This document shows positions 53,301 through 64,000 of a stretch of 64,000 nucleotides of DNA, one piece after another; within the stretch, counting starts at the first letter, position 1, and each line of letters begins with the position of its first letter. The notes under the pieces are model-generated. The model saw only the letters and a list, made by a program, of their open reading frames with translations, was not told the origin of the DNA and did not search any database. Source of the DNA: Antedon mediterranea (Eukaryota > Animalia > Echinodermata). Location of the stretch: NCBI RefSeq assembly GCF_964355755.1, contig NC_092675.1, positions 27,438,912 to 27,502,911 on the forward strand, in the 5' to 3' direction. Both the position numbers and the translations under genes were made by a program.

Positions 53301-56300
53301 ACAGAACTCCACGGTCCATATCCTTCAGTGGTAGAAGCACGAACTTTCATAAAGTAAATGGTGTCTGGTTGTAACAAACTGTACGTAACACCACTGGTAG
53401 GCTTCACTGTACAGTTGGCATCATCAGAAATATCAGAAGTGTATGATAAGCAAGTCTCATATTCTGTGATGACACCATTCGCTTCTAGTGGTTTGTCCCA
53501 TGACACTGATATTAAGCTCTCTGTTGATTGATGTTGAATGTTAATGGGTGGACTTGAAGGACCTGTAGGTGATGGTACAATACAATATAAAAGATTCAAG
53601 TTAGTTGTAATAAAATATTCAGAACATTTAAGTTAAGATATGAAACAAAATTAGTTGGTACATTTTACTATTACTCATTCTATTTGAATAGTAATGTAAT
53701 TAAAATTACATTAATTAACACAAGATTATAACTCCCAGCTGAGGCCCAAGAATTCTTAAATTTTATATAATTATATTTCTTACAAATAAGTTGTTAGACC
53801 AAACAAGAGACACATAATTAAGCTATAATATTCTTACAACTTTATCAGTTGTTATTTCCGTCAGTTAGTGTGTCTATGTTATTTTTCATGGGATTCTCAT
53901 TAATAATAATAACAACACTTGAATCACCATATTGGTGTTTTTCACAAGGCCGTTACTTACTACAAAACTATTTATACTATTACACAAGTTATCATTTACA
54001 GTACAAAAAAAAAAAAAAAAAAAAAAAAAGATTTCATGAAAAAATATAGAGTTTCAAGTATATTTTATCTTTGGTCATTTATCATTTTTTTAAATATATG
54101 TATATAGGAGCTGTAATTGCATTTGAGTTTATAGCATTTAAACTATTCCATAGCTTTGCGCCAGAATACGAGAAACTTTTCTTTTTATACTCAGTGTTTG
54201 CCTTATGTAAACTTAGAATATCTTTTGATCTAGTATTATATGTTTGTTTGCGTTCATAGAATCTGTTTCTTAAGTAGGATGGTGTCAAGTTATTCATTAT
54301 TTTATACATTGTGACTGCTTCGTTGTAATATTGTTTTTCTTCTAAATTAGGCCAATTTAAATCTTTGAGCGCCTGTGAGCTAGAGTCATACCTAGATGTA
54401 TGTGTAATTATTTTAGCCGCTCTATTTTGGAGTACTTGGAGTTTATATTTGAGGGTTTGGTTACAACGACCCCATACTACATTGCAGTAGTCAAAATGGT
54501 GGGCTATGATAGATTTGTACATTAATGATTGAATATTTTGAGGGAAAATATTGCTGCATTTTTTTAGATAGTACAGACCTGATATTACTTTATTTTTCAC
54601 CTGATCTATTTGTTTATGCCATTTTAAATTTTCATCGATAATGACACCTAAATGTTTACAGTTATTTACTTTTTCAAGTTTTGTACCGTCTATATTAATA
54701 TTAATATCCATGTTAATCAATTTATTTAATTTTTGATGTGTTCCTAAAATCATATATTCAGTCTTTTTAATGTTTAGACTTAATTTGTTACTTGCTAACC
54801 ATAGTTGTACATGTTTTAGATCAGTATTTACTTTGCTTATTATATCGTGTATGTCTTTAGATGCATAATATAACGCAGTGTCATCTGCATACATGCTTAC
54901 ATTTACATGAGAAACTGAGTTAGGTAGATCATTAATATACATGATAAATAGAAGGGGCCTTAATATTGATCCCTGAGGGATTCCACAAACACTATTAGAC
55001 TTTACCGAATCAACATTGTTAATATTAGTAATATGTGTACGATTTGTTAAATAATTTTCAAACCATTTGATAACATAATTAGCAAAATTAAAATTGTGTA
55101 GTTTTTTTATTAGTATCTGGTGATTAACAGTGTCGAAAGCTTTTTTGAGATCAAGCATTATATAGTCCTATGTATTTACCATTTTCAATACTGTCAATCC
55201 AATCTTCAGTTATATTTATTAATGCCGATGATGTCGAGTAATTTGGCCTAAATCCAGATTGTTGATTGTATAATTTAGGGTTGATTTGTGGATAGAGTTG
55301 GTCAAAGACAGCGCGTTCAATAATTTTCGATAAAATTGGTAGTACAGAAATTGGCCTGTAGTTAGATGGTTCACTTCGGTCGCCATTTTAAAAAATTGGG
55401 CATATTCGTGCATTTTTCCATTTACTTGGGAAGTTGCTGGTTCTTAGAGTTAAAATTAATTAAAAATGTAATGGGTTGTACAATTGAGTTGATTGCTAAT
55501 TTTATTAGTTCATTTGACTTTGGAGTTATACTTACTGCTCTGTGGCGTTGATTTCACAAGCGTATTCTGCAATCCAAGTTTCGGTGATGCCGTACGTGCA
55601 CTGACATAAATCAAATATTCAGTATGCCATCTTAACTTTTCAATGTTTTTATAAGGACTGCGAACACTGTACGTCCTTTTCTCTGGGTCTTCTGTGCGTC
55701 TAACCACTGTCACGTTATATGATTGAATAACGCCGTTACTTTTCAAAGGTCTATTCCATGATACGCTTATATACGGCTGTTTATTTCTGTATGTTATAAC
55801 TTTGCCTATAAGGTTTTCTACTTTGCCTGGAGCTGTCACCGAAAAAAAATAAAATCAAAGATATTATTGCATATATTAGATATTTGAGTATAACTATAAC
55901 AAGTCTACATGTATATCACATCGGAAAAACCATCTCTGAACAAACACACTTTCAACCTAGGCACGCTTACTATCTGATTGTTACATTGTCAGCCTGCTTT
56001 TTTCTTTATTATGCTAATTAATTGCCACATTTAAATTCAGATGTTAAGAAGGGATATAAGTACTCTAGGATCTACAGTAGTTCTGAGAATTGTTTCTTGA
56101 AACATTATTAAATGCCTTGTTATATTCATGCTCATACATAATTTTGGTGGTATTGTACATGATATTAAAAATATTTCCAGTTGATAGTTGTATGTTCAGG
56201 TCTGTTCACATATCTCTTTGAATTGAAAATAATATCCTATTATCTTAGGATAGAATTCTTCACCAGCATATCAAACAAACTAACCAATTCAGTGTGGCCT

Positions 56301-59300
56301 TTTTGTAGACATTCAGATCAAGTCAATTCTGAGGTTTGTAGAAGGGCTTGCTTTTACACATTTTGATTGTAGTGACTTTCATGAAAGGATTCAAACAGAT
56401 CTGTGATGTGGATCATGGTTGATGTATATATGTAGTTTAATATAACAGTAATTTGGTATGGATTTACACATTCTATTTGTTTTTTATATATACATAGTTT
56501 ATGGCCCACTTATAGCCTAATTGTTTACTGATGTATGACCAAAGTGATAACAATGCTGTGCTCAATTCATCTATACGATACATAATATGTCAAAACATAG
56601 AACATTGAAAACTAATTATAACTTACGGCCTTGAGAAACTCGGTAGTTATATTGTCTAGATGCCCTGCCATCCAACCCACAGTTTGTTGCTACCATGTAG
56701 ACGGTGTAAGCTTCATAAGGCCTAAGACCAGTTACATTATACTCTTGAATGGTCGGGTCCGCTATAAACAATGTCTTGCTTTGATCCTCACCTGACTCTC
56801 GATACTTTATTTTAAAACCATCGTAATCAGGCGGATTAGTTGGTGATGTCATCTATATAAATGAAGTTGATTACAGTGAGGTTGAAATTGGAAACGACAT
56901 TAAAACGCACTGAAACAGTTAAACATTTTTATTTTGCATTCCAAAAAAAAAAATTCCTCCCAATGTTTTATCATGCATATTTCAAGAAAAATATGAATAA
57001 TTTGTGGCTGAAAGTAGAAAAAGGATAGTGAACTGGGCCTTAGGATTAAGGTTCTATTGATATTGTTAGTTATAAACTATAATGACAAATTGTATAAATT
57101 GTGTTTTGGTGATCAAAATTTGATGATATTGTATTAGGAAACAAATAATTCAAGATTATACAGAAATGTTTATACTGTCTAATCAAACTCAATATTCTAC
57201 AATTTAAGATTTGTAGGATACAGTGCAGTATTAATCAATATTTTAAACTAAAATTTATACTAAATTTAAATAGTGAAACTGATAAAGAGAAAACATTATG
57301 ATTGTAATTGATGTTTTACTTACAGTCCAGGCAACTGTAATTGTGTGTTCGTCAGGGCTATGTTTATCAGGACGAGGAGGAATAATTGACGGAGCATGTG
57401 CAGGAGCTACAAAATAGAAAGACGTGAAATAATAATGAATAGAAAGACGTGAAATAATAATGAATAGTACTTAGGAATTAGAAAAGTATGTTGATCATTA
57501 TAATTGGTGATAATTGATGAGAAGTTTGCTTGCATCAGAATTCAGTCCAGCTACTTTTATAAAGCACTATCTAACTAGTTCAACAAAAAAGTGTGATGTG
57601 CCCAAATATAGTAGTGAAATGCCCAAATATAATAGTGATATGACATCATCATGTCTTAAGGTTTGCATGCATTGGAATAAATTCAGCAGGCTTTTGCAAT
57701 GTGATGTGATGGTATCCATCAGAATCAAGCCGCCGAGCAGTTGCTTCTGTAATGTGTATGTATTGGCCAACAACAAAAAACATACCACTACACTTAATTG
57801 TAATTGTTGATATTTCACTAAATTCTCCAATAGTTTTGTCGCTAGTGGCCCAAGAACGCCGAAATCTTGTCTTGAACTCATATGTTGCATGAGGTGTTAG
57901 ATTTTCAAGCCTGTACCCAATGATAGCATCATTTTTACTGATGTACTCCTCTTTCCAGTCTTCATTACTTTCCAGACGATAGTAAAGGTTGATGGATTGA
58001 ACTGGCCCATCTCCTGTGTAGTTGTGAATATGCAGGTCAAGTCGAAAAATACGGTTGTTGTTTTCGATTACGCTTGGTCCCATGCTCGGGGTAGGAGGAT
58101 CTATTGATATAATTTCACATGTTTAGAAAGAATATTTAAAAAAAACTGTTTAGGTTAGGTTTCTGTTTCTTAGATTAGTGGTAGTGAAAATCAATACTCC
58201 ATCAGACAACAGACAATTTAGGAGTTGATTGTAAATGTTCATCTGGTTTGTGATTATTAACAATGTGTATGTTATGTTAATGTGTATAAAATTCTTTTAT
58301 CAAACCAATGGTACAAATTACGAAAATAGATGGAAAATGCCTTCTGGATGTTTAATTGTTCTTTTAGTATAGTACCATTGGTTTGATAAAAAGAATATTA
58401 TACAAAATTTAGGAGGTTTCTTTTTTAATCATAGGACAACTCACTTGTATTAATTAAAAGGTGATTTTTCTGACTCTGCCTCTTTCTTTCAAACAGTAGG
58501 TACAGGAATCAAAGCTACTAACCTTTCAACCTAAAGTACCATGTTTTATCGGCGTATCCAGTGTCGCTGATCACCCGACAAGTGTAGTCTCCAGGTTCAG
58601 CATTTTCAACGTAGAATCTATGTTCATTACTAAGAGTCTGGTGTGGAGATATCTCTTGGTTGGAAGGAGTTATTAAAAACACTGCCGTGCTTTCGTCGTA
58701 GGTCACATCAAGAGAACATGCCAATTCGGCATCAACACCAACATTGTCTTGAAGGACTCTTTCCTGAGCAGGAATCGGGTCAGCACCTGTCCAAAGCACA
58801 GAAAAAGGGACTCAAATTAGAACCAGCGTTTGGGGTTTAAAAAATAATATTGAAAAGTGAATTGAGACTTTTCTTACCTGTAGCTTCAATAAAGGTTGTA
58901 ACATTGTATTCTCCAATATTACAACTAAACTCCAGTCGGCCATTATTTTTCTTCGGAGTAAACGTAAACCGTGCAGAATAATCTGTTAAATTGTCTTGTT
59001 GTGTACCTTCATACCATGGCTTTGGTCCGTTACCAACAAACTACAACAAATACATAGATATATGCTAAGATTTACATGCCCTCGAATTTCACTCAAATTC
59101 ACATGTATAATGGTGAATTAAAAATGGGTGAGAGAGTTGTTCCCATATAGTTATGTTCTTTTATTCATCATAATCATTATCGTCATCACCACCATCATCG
59201 TCATAATATTAAACGCTTACTGTAATGTATGGCGGATATAGACAATCGTTAACTTCGCAAGTGCAGATCAGAGTAATAGGCTCGTCATCAACCAAGTTCA

Positions 59301-59889
59301 CCTCTGTTCTGGTGGCTTTAAATGTGAATCCTTGGAGAATGACAAAATAAAAGTAAAATTTTATAAAAATCGTGCATTTGAGGAATTTCTTAATACTTAC
59401 ATTTTTTTTGCCGTTGCAAGAAGCATTTATTGAGCGCAATGTTATTTGTACTGATTGGCGACACAGTAAAGGTAATTGAAATATCTATTGTCTTAATACA
59501 CCGGAAACTTGCATGTATATTTTGAGTGAAATCATTTTGTTCTACACATTCTACACAAAATATCATTCTGTGGTTGTAGGCCCTATTTACAAAATAAATA
59601 TATATACTCTTTGCAGAACATGTAGGCCCTACATGATACAGAAATCACAATATATTGAGACTACTACTTAAAACTGCAGATATTGTGGTGTCTACTATAA
59701 TGTTAATATGACAAATATTCAATTTAATGTAAGGTAATTGACCTAAGGCAGAAACTTTAGTATAAAACAATGGTAAACTAAAATGCCAACAAGTAACTTA
59801 CCCCGATGATTGAAATTTCCTTGTGTAAGAGAATGCAACAATATAACACTAGCAAATAAAAATGATGCTACCTTGATAGAATATCTCAT
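42959..59889 (-). CDS. Tie/angiopoietin-receptor-like receptor tyrosine kinase (SP-Ig-Ig-FN3x4-TM-TK), 19 coding exons, about 1015 aa to the first stop
   Basis: Exons 59802-59889, 59221-59330, 58878-59040, 58523-58786, 57786-58100, 57324-57406, 56627-56852, 55536-55832, 53272-53562, 49842-50068, 49194-49422, 48655-48765, 48005-48195, 47795-47920, 47226-47296, 44944-44984, 44697-44793, 43139-43238, 42959-42976. All are GT-AG with matching phases (3048 nt). Motifs: [89 protein letters not shown]. Confidence 0.92.
43139..43238 (-). CDS. Tie-like RTK kinase exon (subdomain XI)
   Basis: [33 protein letters not shown]; cag| and |gtaatg. Confidence 0.9.
43800..43866 (+). pseudogene. 5'-damaged tRNA-Val(AAC) copy in the HINE
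   Basis: gtagtggttatcacgtttgcttAACacgcagaagg..ggttcgagcccggacgaaacc followed by a T-run. Confidence 0.7.
44080..44151 (+). tRNA. tRNA-Val(AAC)-like gene or pseudogene inside the HINE
   Basis: Perfect 7-bp acceptor stem GGTTTCG/CGAAACC, anticodon arm TCTGC-TT AAC AC-GCAGA, GGTTCGAG T-loop, downstream T5. D- and T-stems are imperfect. Confidence 0.6.
44697..44793 (-). CDS. Tie-like RTK kinase exon
   Basis: [32 protein letters not shown]; weak donor gtttgt. Confidence 0.88.
44944..44984 (-). CDS. Tie-like RTK kinase micro-exon (41 nt)
   Basis: [14 protein letters not shown]; ttacag| and |gtaagt. Confidence 0.9.
45100..46139. mobile_element. ~1-kb non-autonomous DNA element with long (~130 bp) imperfect TIRs
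   Basis: tagtccagatcc..gtgtgcagatcat..aaattcatctt is mirrored at ~46015-46139; superfamily not assignable by eye. Confidence 0.8.
46185..46497. mobile_element. Palindromic non-autonomous element with a central aacgaggcaaagccgagtt hairpin; related pieces at ~8262-8340, ~36585-36895, ~46505-46945
   Basis: About 70-bp arms 46188-46345 around the central loop; reminiscent of Crypton-like non-autonomous families (tentative). Confidence 0.6.
47226..47296 (-). CDS. Tie-like RTK kinase exon (P+1 loop)
   Basis: [24 protein letters not shown]; tttacag| and |gtaagt. Confidence 0.9.
47795..47920 (-). CDS. Tie-like RTK catalytic/activation-loop exon
   Basis: [42 protein letters not shown]. Confidence 0.93.
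48005..48195 (-). CDS. Tie-like RTK kinase exon (hinge and short kinase insert)
   Basis: [20 protein letters not shown]...[19 protein letters not shown]. Confidence 0.92.
48318..48490. mobile_element. hAT-type MITE
   Basis: TIR cagtggcgtaa / ttatgccactg; 8-bp TSD ataatatc / ataatgtc. Confidence 0.8.
48655..48765 (-). CDS. Tie-like RTK kinase exon (alphaC)
   Basis: [37 protein letters not shown]. Confidence 0.92.
49194..49422 (-). CDS. Tie-like RTK juxtamembrane and G-loop exon
   Basis: ..[40 protein letters not shown]. Confidence 0.92.
49842..50068 (-). CDS. Tie-like RTK transmembrane exon
   Basis: [25 protein letters not shown] followed by basic KIKSQKRK. Confidence 0.9.
50394..50918. 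mobile_element. Penelope-like element terminal sequence as a 245-bp inverted repeat between (TA)n tracts
   Basis: Arms 50394-50638 and 50674-50918 (one mismatch seen), each with a minimal hammerhead motif; flanked by (TA)n. Confidence 0.75.
50846..50888 (+). ncRNA. Minimal type I hammerhead ribozyme motif (mirror copy on - at ~50424-50466)
   Basis: CUGAUGA-U-GGGC UAU GCCC-GAAA-CAUGUC; palindromic stem III ACAUGU; stem I uuuucac/guuaaaa with one mismatch. Confidence 0.7.
51175..51214 (-). ncRNA. Variant hammerhead motif of a second Penelope-like terminus
   Basis: ugca-CUGAUAA-A-GGGC uaguguu GCCC-GAAA-GCUC-ugc; the core has G8>A. Confidence 0.5.
51671..53256. mobile_element. Non-autonomous Harbinger element containing a 96-bp tandem array
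   Basis: TIR GGGCGGATTGCTATAA / TTATAGCAATCCGCCC; CAG TSD (51668-51670, 53257-53259) within a GAC-CAG-GTC target. Confidence 0.88.
51677..52848. repeat. Tandem array of 12 full 96-bp units plus a 20-bp partial unit
   Basis: Unit attgctataaaacagtcttaactgatggtcttaactccccgattaaagccggctttatctgatagacggtcttactaaagccacccctgttagacc; lines 51721, 52201 and 52681 repeat every 480 bp. Confidence 0.97.
53272..53562 (-). CDS. Tie-like RTK FN3 exon (4th FN3)
   Basis: [43 protein letters not shown]. Confidence 0.9.
54082..55438 (-). mobile_element. 5'-truncated, inactivated CR1/L2-type non-LTR retrotransposon (RT domain) in an RTK intron; 3' UTR probably extends to ~53700
   Basis: [43 protein letters not shown] (stop at 55388-55390), frameshift near 55160, then [16 protein letters not shown] (conserved G>R), YADD, LWN. 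Confidence 0.93.
55536..55832 (-). CDS. Tie-like RTK FN3 exon (3rd FN3)
   Basis: [42 protein letters not shown]. Confidence 0.9.
56627..56852 (-). CDS. Tie-like RTK FN3 exon (second half of the 2nd FN3)
   Basis: ..[29 protein letters not shown]. Confidence 0.9.
57324..57406 (-). CDS. Tie-like RTK exon (first half of the 2nd FN3)
   Basis: [28 protein letters not shown]; phase 1 to 0. Confidence 0.85.
57786..58100 (-). CDS. Tie-like RTK FN3 exon (1st FN3)
   Basis: [37 protein letters not shown]; the Y-x-GDGP motif recalls the first Tie FN3. Confidence 0.9.
58523..58786 (-). CDS. Tie-like RTK Ig exon (2nd Ig)
   Basis: [17 protein letters not shown]; phase 1-1. Confidence 0.88.
58878..59040 (-). 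CDS. Tie-like RTK exon (second half of the 1st Ig)
   Basis: [32 protein letters not shown]; phase 0 to 1. Confidence 0.82.
59221..59330 (-). CDS. Tie-like RTK exon (first half of the 1st Ig)
   Basis: [37 protein letters not shown]; phase 1 to 0. Confidence 0.82.
59802..59889 (-). CDS. Tie-like RTK signal-peptide exon; a probable 5' non-coding exon ends at 59964
   Basis: ttctag|G ATG; [29 protein letters not shown]|gtaagt; upstream donor gtaagt at 59958-59963. Confidence 0.82.
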
Positions 59890-62231
59890 CCTAGAAAGAA
59901 AAAATAAGTTATATGTAAAATACATTTAAAGAAAATTAGATGAAATATATTATTGTAACTTACGTTTGTTCTCGATTCTGGCTTCCACACTCGAATAATC
60001 CACTTTGTTAATGTTTACTTTTAATGTACATATAGATATAATCAATATTCATGGATGGGATGTTTACTGAACTGTGATTGGTTTCATGTAAAACTGAAAT
60101 AGTCTTGTATTTCATAGACAGTAACCGAATGCTTTTTTGCAATTCATTTCCTTTTTAAGAAGAATAAACAGCCATAAATGGATACGATAGCCACTTGTAC
60201 TGTAGTGAACTTGGACTTAACTAGATTAAAGTTTATTTATTTTACTTAATCAGTTCAATAATATTAAGGGTGGTCCATCCACACAAAGCTGATGATTAGG
60301 GACCCTCAGAACAATACAGACAATTTAAATATATATAATTAATTAAATAATAACATTTATATGTAAAATACCCTGTTAAAATAGAAATCTTTAAAAGAGA
60401 TTTAAAATAAAAATTGACCCTCTGAGAGAGATGGTTTTCAGGAAATGGTCCCCAATATAAATGAATGGCTTGAGGAAGTGAGGGAAAAAATCGAGGGGTA
60501 GTGATGAAGAGTTGCTACCATCTGCTTTGTTTGTTCATAAAGGTCTTGAGACGTCATTCCAGGGCATAGTGCCTGCCTCTTCAAAGAATTGTAAAGTTTC
60601 ACATTCCACTATGTGGAAAAAGGAAGTGGTTAGTGTGTTTCACTGTGATCCATATTAATAATGAAAGTTCAATATTTGCAATTTGAAGCTGTTTGTGTTC
60701 ATTCCATTATTCCACAATCACACCGCAAACAAAGGAAAAACTGTAGTAGTTATACGCTTTGAAATTTGTCCAGGACATAGAACTATAAAGTTTTATTTCA
60801 AACTATGATCAACCATATAAATTGTGAATTCAACATTATTCATTGGGAAATGGAAAAAATATATAAAAAATTTAAAAATAAATTAAGCTGGATGAATGGA
60901 CAATGAATTGATACTAACTTTTTTATATTATGGTGCGAATCTTTCTCTGCTGCCATCAACTTTAAAACTTAAACAATATTGATAATCAAATAACTGTCTG
61001 TCTGCATGCACAAATTATATATTCACATTGGAAACATAGACCCTATATACACTTATGATTTGGGCCGGCCCAGGACCAGCCTTCGGTCGGTAATCAATAA
61101 GTGTAAACACTTTATAAAGTTAGGCCGGCCCTGGGCCGGATGTAGACCAGGACCACCTCTCTAGGTCCAGAATCGGCTTTTATGTTTGGGTCGGCTTATG
61201 CAGTGAACTGTGACCAATAGCTTGAGAAAATGAATTTTGGAATGCAAGTGTAAACACACTGGATCGGCCGAAACGATTACATTTGGACTTGATCCTGGAG
61301 CGGCCCAGGAATGACCAGTTGTAAAAATCACCAAACTTTAATTCAGGAGGAAGTGGAAGAATCAACACTTGACAAATAAAATAGATGGGAACCAAGCTTT
61401 AATTAAAGATAACAAAGATGCCGTCACGCTTCAATAATCCACACAATAGACAATGTTTCCTTTATACACCACAGAGGAGGTTATTTTGAACTCTTCCTTC
61501 CTCTCTCATGAATGACATCTTTGAAAATAATATTTTATCCCCTAATATATTTAGAAACAAAAAAGGATAATCCAACACAGAAAACAATACTGTATTAAAG
61601 TGCTGCAACTATACTTGCTGTTGCTGTCTGTCTCCAAATTTGAGCACTTCCTTTTGATAAAGAAAACAAAAGCTATTTTTATAATATTTGAAATTTATTT
61701 TAATCATTAATAATAACAGAAGATTTTCACTTCATACATTGAATCTTAGTCTACTATATATCATCACTGTATGTACTGCTAAAAATTGTATGAAATCAAA
61801 AGAAATAGCAACCAACAATACAGATTACCTAGGGAGAAATAATTGATTAAAATATGTATTTGTAATATTAAGTGTGTGACATTTTCTCATAAAAGGCACA
61901 CAATTGCATTTATACAGTTGAAAGTTGTGTTACACTTTATCTACAATAAATTCAACTTTTACATTACTAATCACAATTTAAATTGCACCCACACACAAAT
62001 ACAAGAATGGGTAAGGCATAAACGCATATTAAAGGCAAACAAAATTCCAATTTTTATCATAGAATGAAAACAGTGTTTCAATTTTTCAGACGTGAAAAAT
62101 AGTCAACTTAATTTAAAAATAAATATAACATATCACAAGATAAATTCCAGATTAAACCAGTTCCAGCTAGTTGTTTATGGGTTCAAGCAAGTTTAAACCA
62201 GTTTTGTTCACAAACTATAATTGTATCACAT

Positions 62232-62942
62232 TTATTCAATCGTGAAAGCTGTGTCAAGCAAGTTTTGTAATTCTAACAAATGCAGACTTTTGTTTCCCGC
62301 TGCTGTTGACGCTTGTGCACCACGTCCAGCAAAACTGGAAAGAAAGAATGACAGTTTAATAAAACTCCTGGATGGTATGGCAATGAATAGAAAATAAATA
62401 TGTTTACGGTGAAAAATAATACAATACATTGAACTTTCCCAAAACTGGACATTCTTTGCTTTGGCTCAAAAAGTTGATGTGTAACAAGTAAACATGAACT
62501 TAAAATCAAATCAAATTACCTGCAGAGACGTTCCCTTTGAAGGGCCGTATGAATACGAGGCTGCACATATGACCACGCACCCATGTTCTTGTGTTCTTCT
62601 TGGGCCCAGATAATTCTAGCATTTGGATACTTGTTGGCTTCTTCCGTAACCATGTCGTAGGGAAATGGTGAAATCTTTAAAAAAATATCAAGTGAATTAA
62701 GTAGCAATTAAAGAAAGGTGTTTTTGTACAAGCTGAGGACCATTTCAATCATGATAAATAATTATTTTAAAAGTTTACCTGTTCAATTGTAGCTATAGCA
62801 ACCTGTTCTGTTAACCCTTTAATTTCTCGTTCCTTAATTAGATTGTAGTAAACACGTCCAGAACAAAAAATCAGATTTTTAACCGACTCTGGGTTACTGG
62901 CAGCCACTCCGCTCTCTGGTAAAACTCGTTGGAACGATGTTC
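62232..62942 (-). CDS. OGDH: 2-oxoglutarate dehydrogenase E1 component, last three coding exons (62779-62942, 62520-62674, 62232-62334); the gene continues past the right edge
   Basis: [36 protein letters not shown] / [25 protein letters not shown] / [26 protein letters not shown]; GT-AG junctions in frame; candidate AATAAA at 61694-61699. Confidence 0.95.
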
Positions 62943-64000
62943 CTGATAAATGAAATGTGTATAAAAGTCAAGTTCAACGATGGTCTTAGAGCATCATATT
63001 ACATTATTTCTAAAATAATTCTAGTTTACCGGTTTATGAAGGACCCTATCGGAAACAAGTCTAAGGACTAACTAGTGTTATCCTTGGTGTGCAACATCTA
63101 AATAATAAAATAACAATAATATAGTACATTCTAAATAACAATACACTATTCTCTAAAAACCAGAAACTTTTAGTTTAGCCTAAAGTGTCCGATTTTCTTA
63201 AAGTCTGATTTTCAAAAAGCAAACAACAGCAAAAGGCAAACAGATGTAGGACTTTGTGGACATTGGCATTTGTACATTTGTAAAATTAGGCTTTGAGAGT
63301 TTCCTTTTATCAGGGAATCTAGTACTGTATCCAACATATGTATATAAGTATGCTCTTTTGAACTTCAATTACTTTTAATTAACGCCCGTATTCTTAAACC
63401 GGACTTTAGTCGTAGTTCGAGCTAAAACTAAAAAAATGACGTCATTTTAATTCATAAACCGAACTTCAACTAAATCACCGACTAAATCAAGCCAACCTCG
63501 ACTAAATCGAGACGGATTTTGATCGATTTTTTTAGTCCTGGAGGGGGCAGGCTAAATGGTCGACTAAATGGTTTTTAAACGATGTTTATAAAAAACGTAA
63601 CAGTCATTGAGTTGTTATATTGGCCAGATATTGAAGAATGAAATATCTATATTTATATTAGCTTAATTAAATATACATTGGTATAAGTTATAATAATGAA
63701 AATCATCTTTATTTACAACTGTATACAAATTACATTATTTTCTTCGCGCAAGTCCGACTTGAACTACGTCACGCCATAGCGACAATGGGAGATGCGGCAA
63801 TTCACCACGCGATGGAATGTTTAGGGGGCCTAGCGCTTTCTTGTCACGATAGGAAGTGCGTGGTTCGTCGCAATCATACTTTGTTGGAGGCCTAGAAAAT
63901 ATGAAAGTTACCGTACCGCCATGGTTCCTAAATATATTTTGAAGATTTTCTTTGTTGTTAATCAAAAGTACTTCACTGTTAAATTAATACTGATCTTGTT

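Noticed and set aside
55219-55413. 64-aa ORF as an extra FN3 exon (LNYTINNL)
   Set aside because: Another frame of the same DNA is clearly LINE RT ([15 protein letters not shown]), and the flanking kinase exons join in phase without it.
63383-64000. Repeat-rich terminus (actaaa motifs) and the 76-aa ORF at 63735-63965 in the OGDH intron
   Set aside because: Looks like one end of a DNA transposon, but the other end is outside the window and the ORF has no OGDH or transposase motif.

Overview
AT-rich (roughly 30% GC by eye) intron-rich animal DNA, probably an invertebrate deuterostome such as an echinoderm (inference from the Tie-type kinase and Deu-domain SINEs). It is not prokaryotic, so most short ORFs in the track are spurious. 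There are three minus-strand genes. (1) The last three coding exons of 2-oxoglutarate dehydrogenase E1 (OGDH) lie at 62232-62942. (2) A Tie/angiopoietin-receptor-like tyrosine kinase lies at 42959-59889 with 19 coding exons (SP-Ig-Ig-FN3x4-TM-kinase, no EGF repeats); all exon phases join in frame, but an in-frame TAA cuts off a still-conserved Tie C-terminal tail. (3) A downstream tandem paralogue-like gene has an identically built signal-peptide exon at 28583-28671 and an Ig exon about 28 kb further on (562-789). Introns and intergenic DNA are full of mobile DNA: Kolobok-, Tc1/mariner-, Harbinger- and hAT-type MITEs; a Harbinger element holding a 12 x 96-bp array; Helentron/HINE-type elements carrying tandem tRNA-Val(AAC) units; chimeric 5S+tRNA+Deu-domain SINEs; a decayed CR1/L2-type LINE; Penelope-type hammerhead ribozymes in a 245-bp inverted repeat; a 118-bp-arm hairpin; and an excess of TA-flanked palindromic motifs that look like excision footprints. 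Everything was read by eye and no database searches were run.
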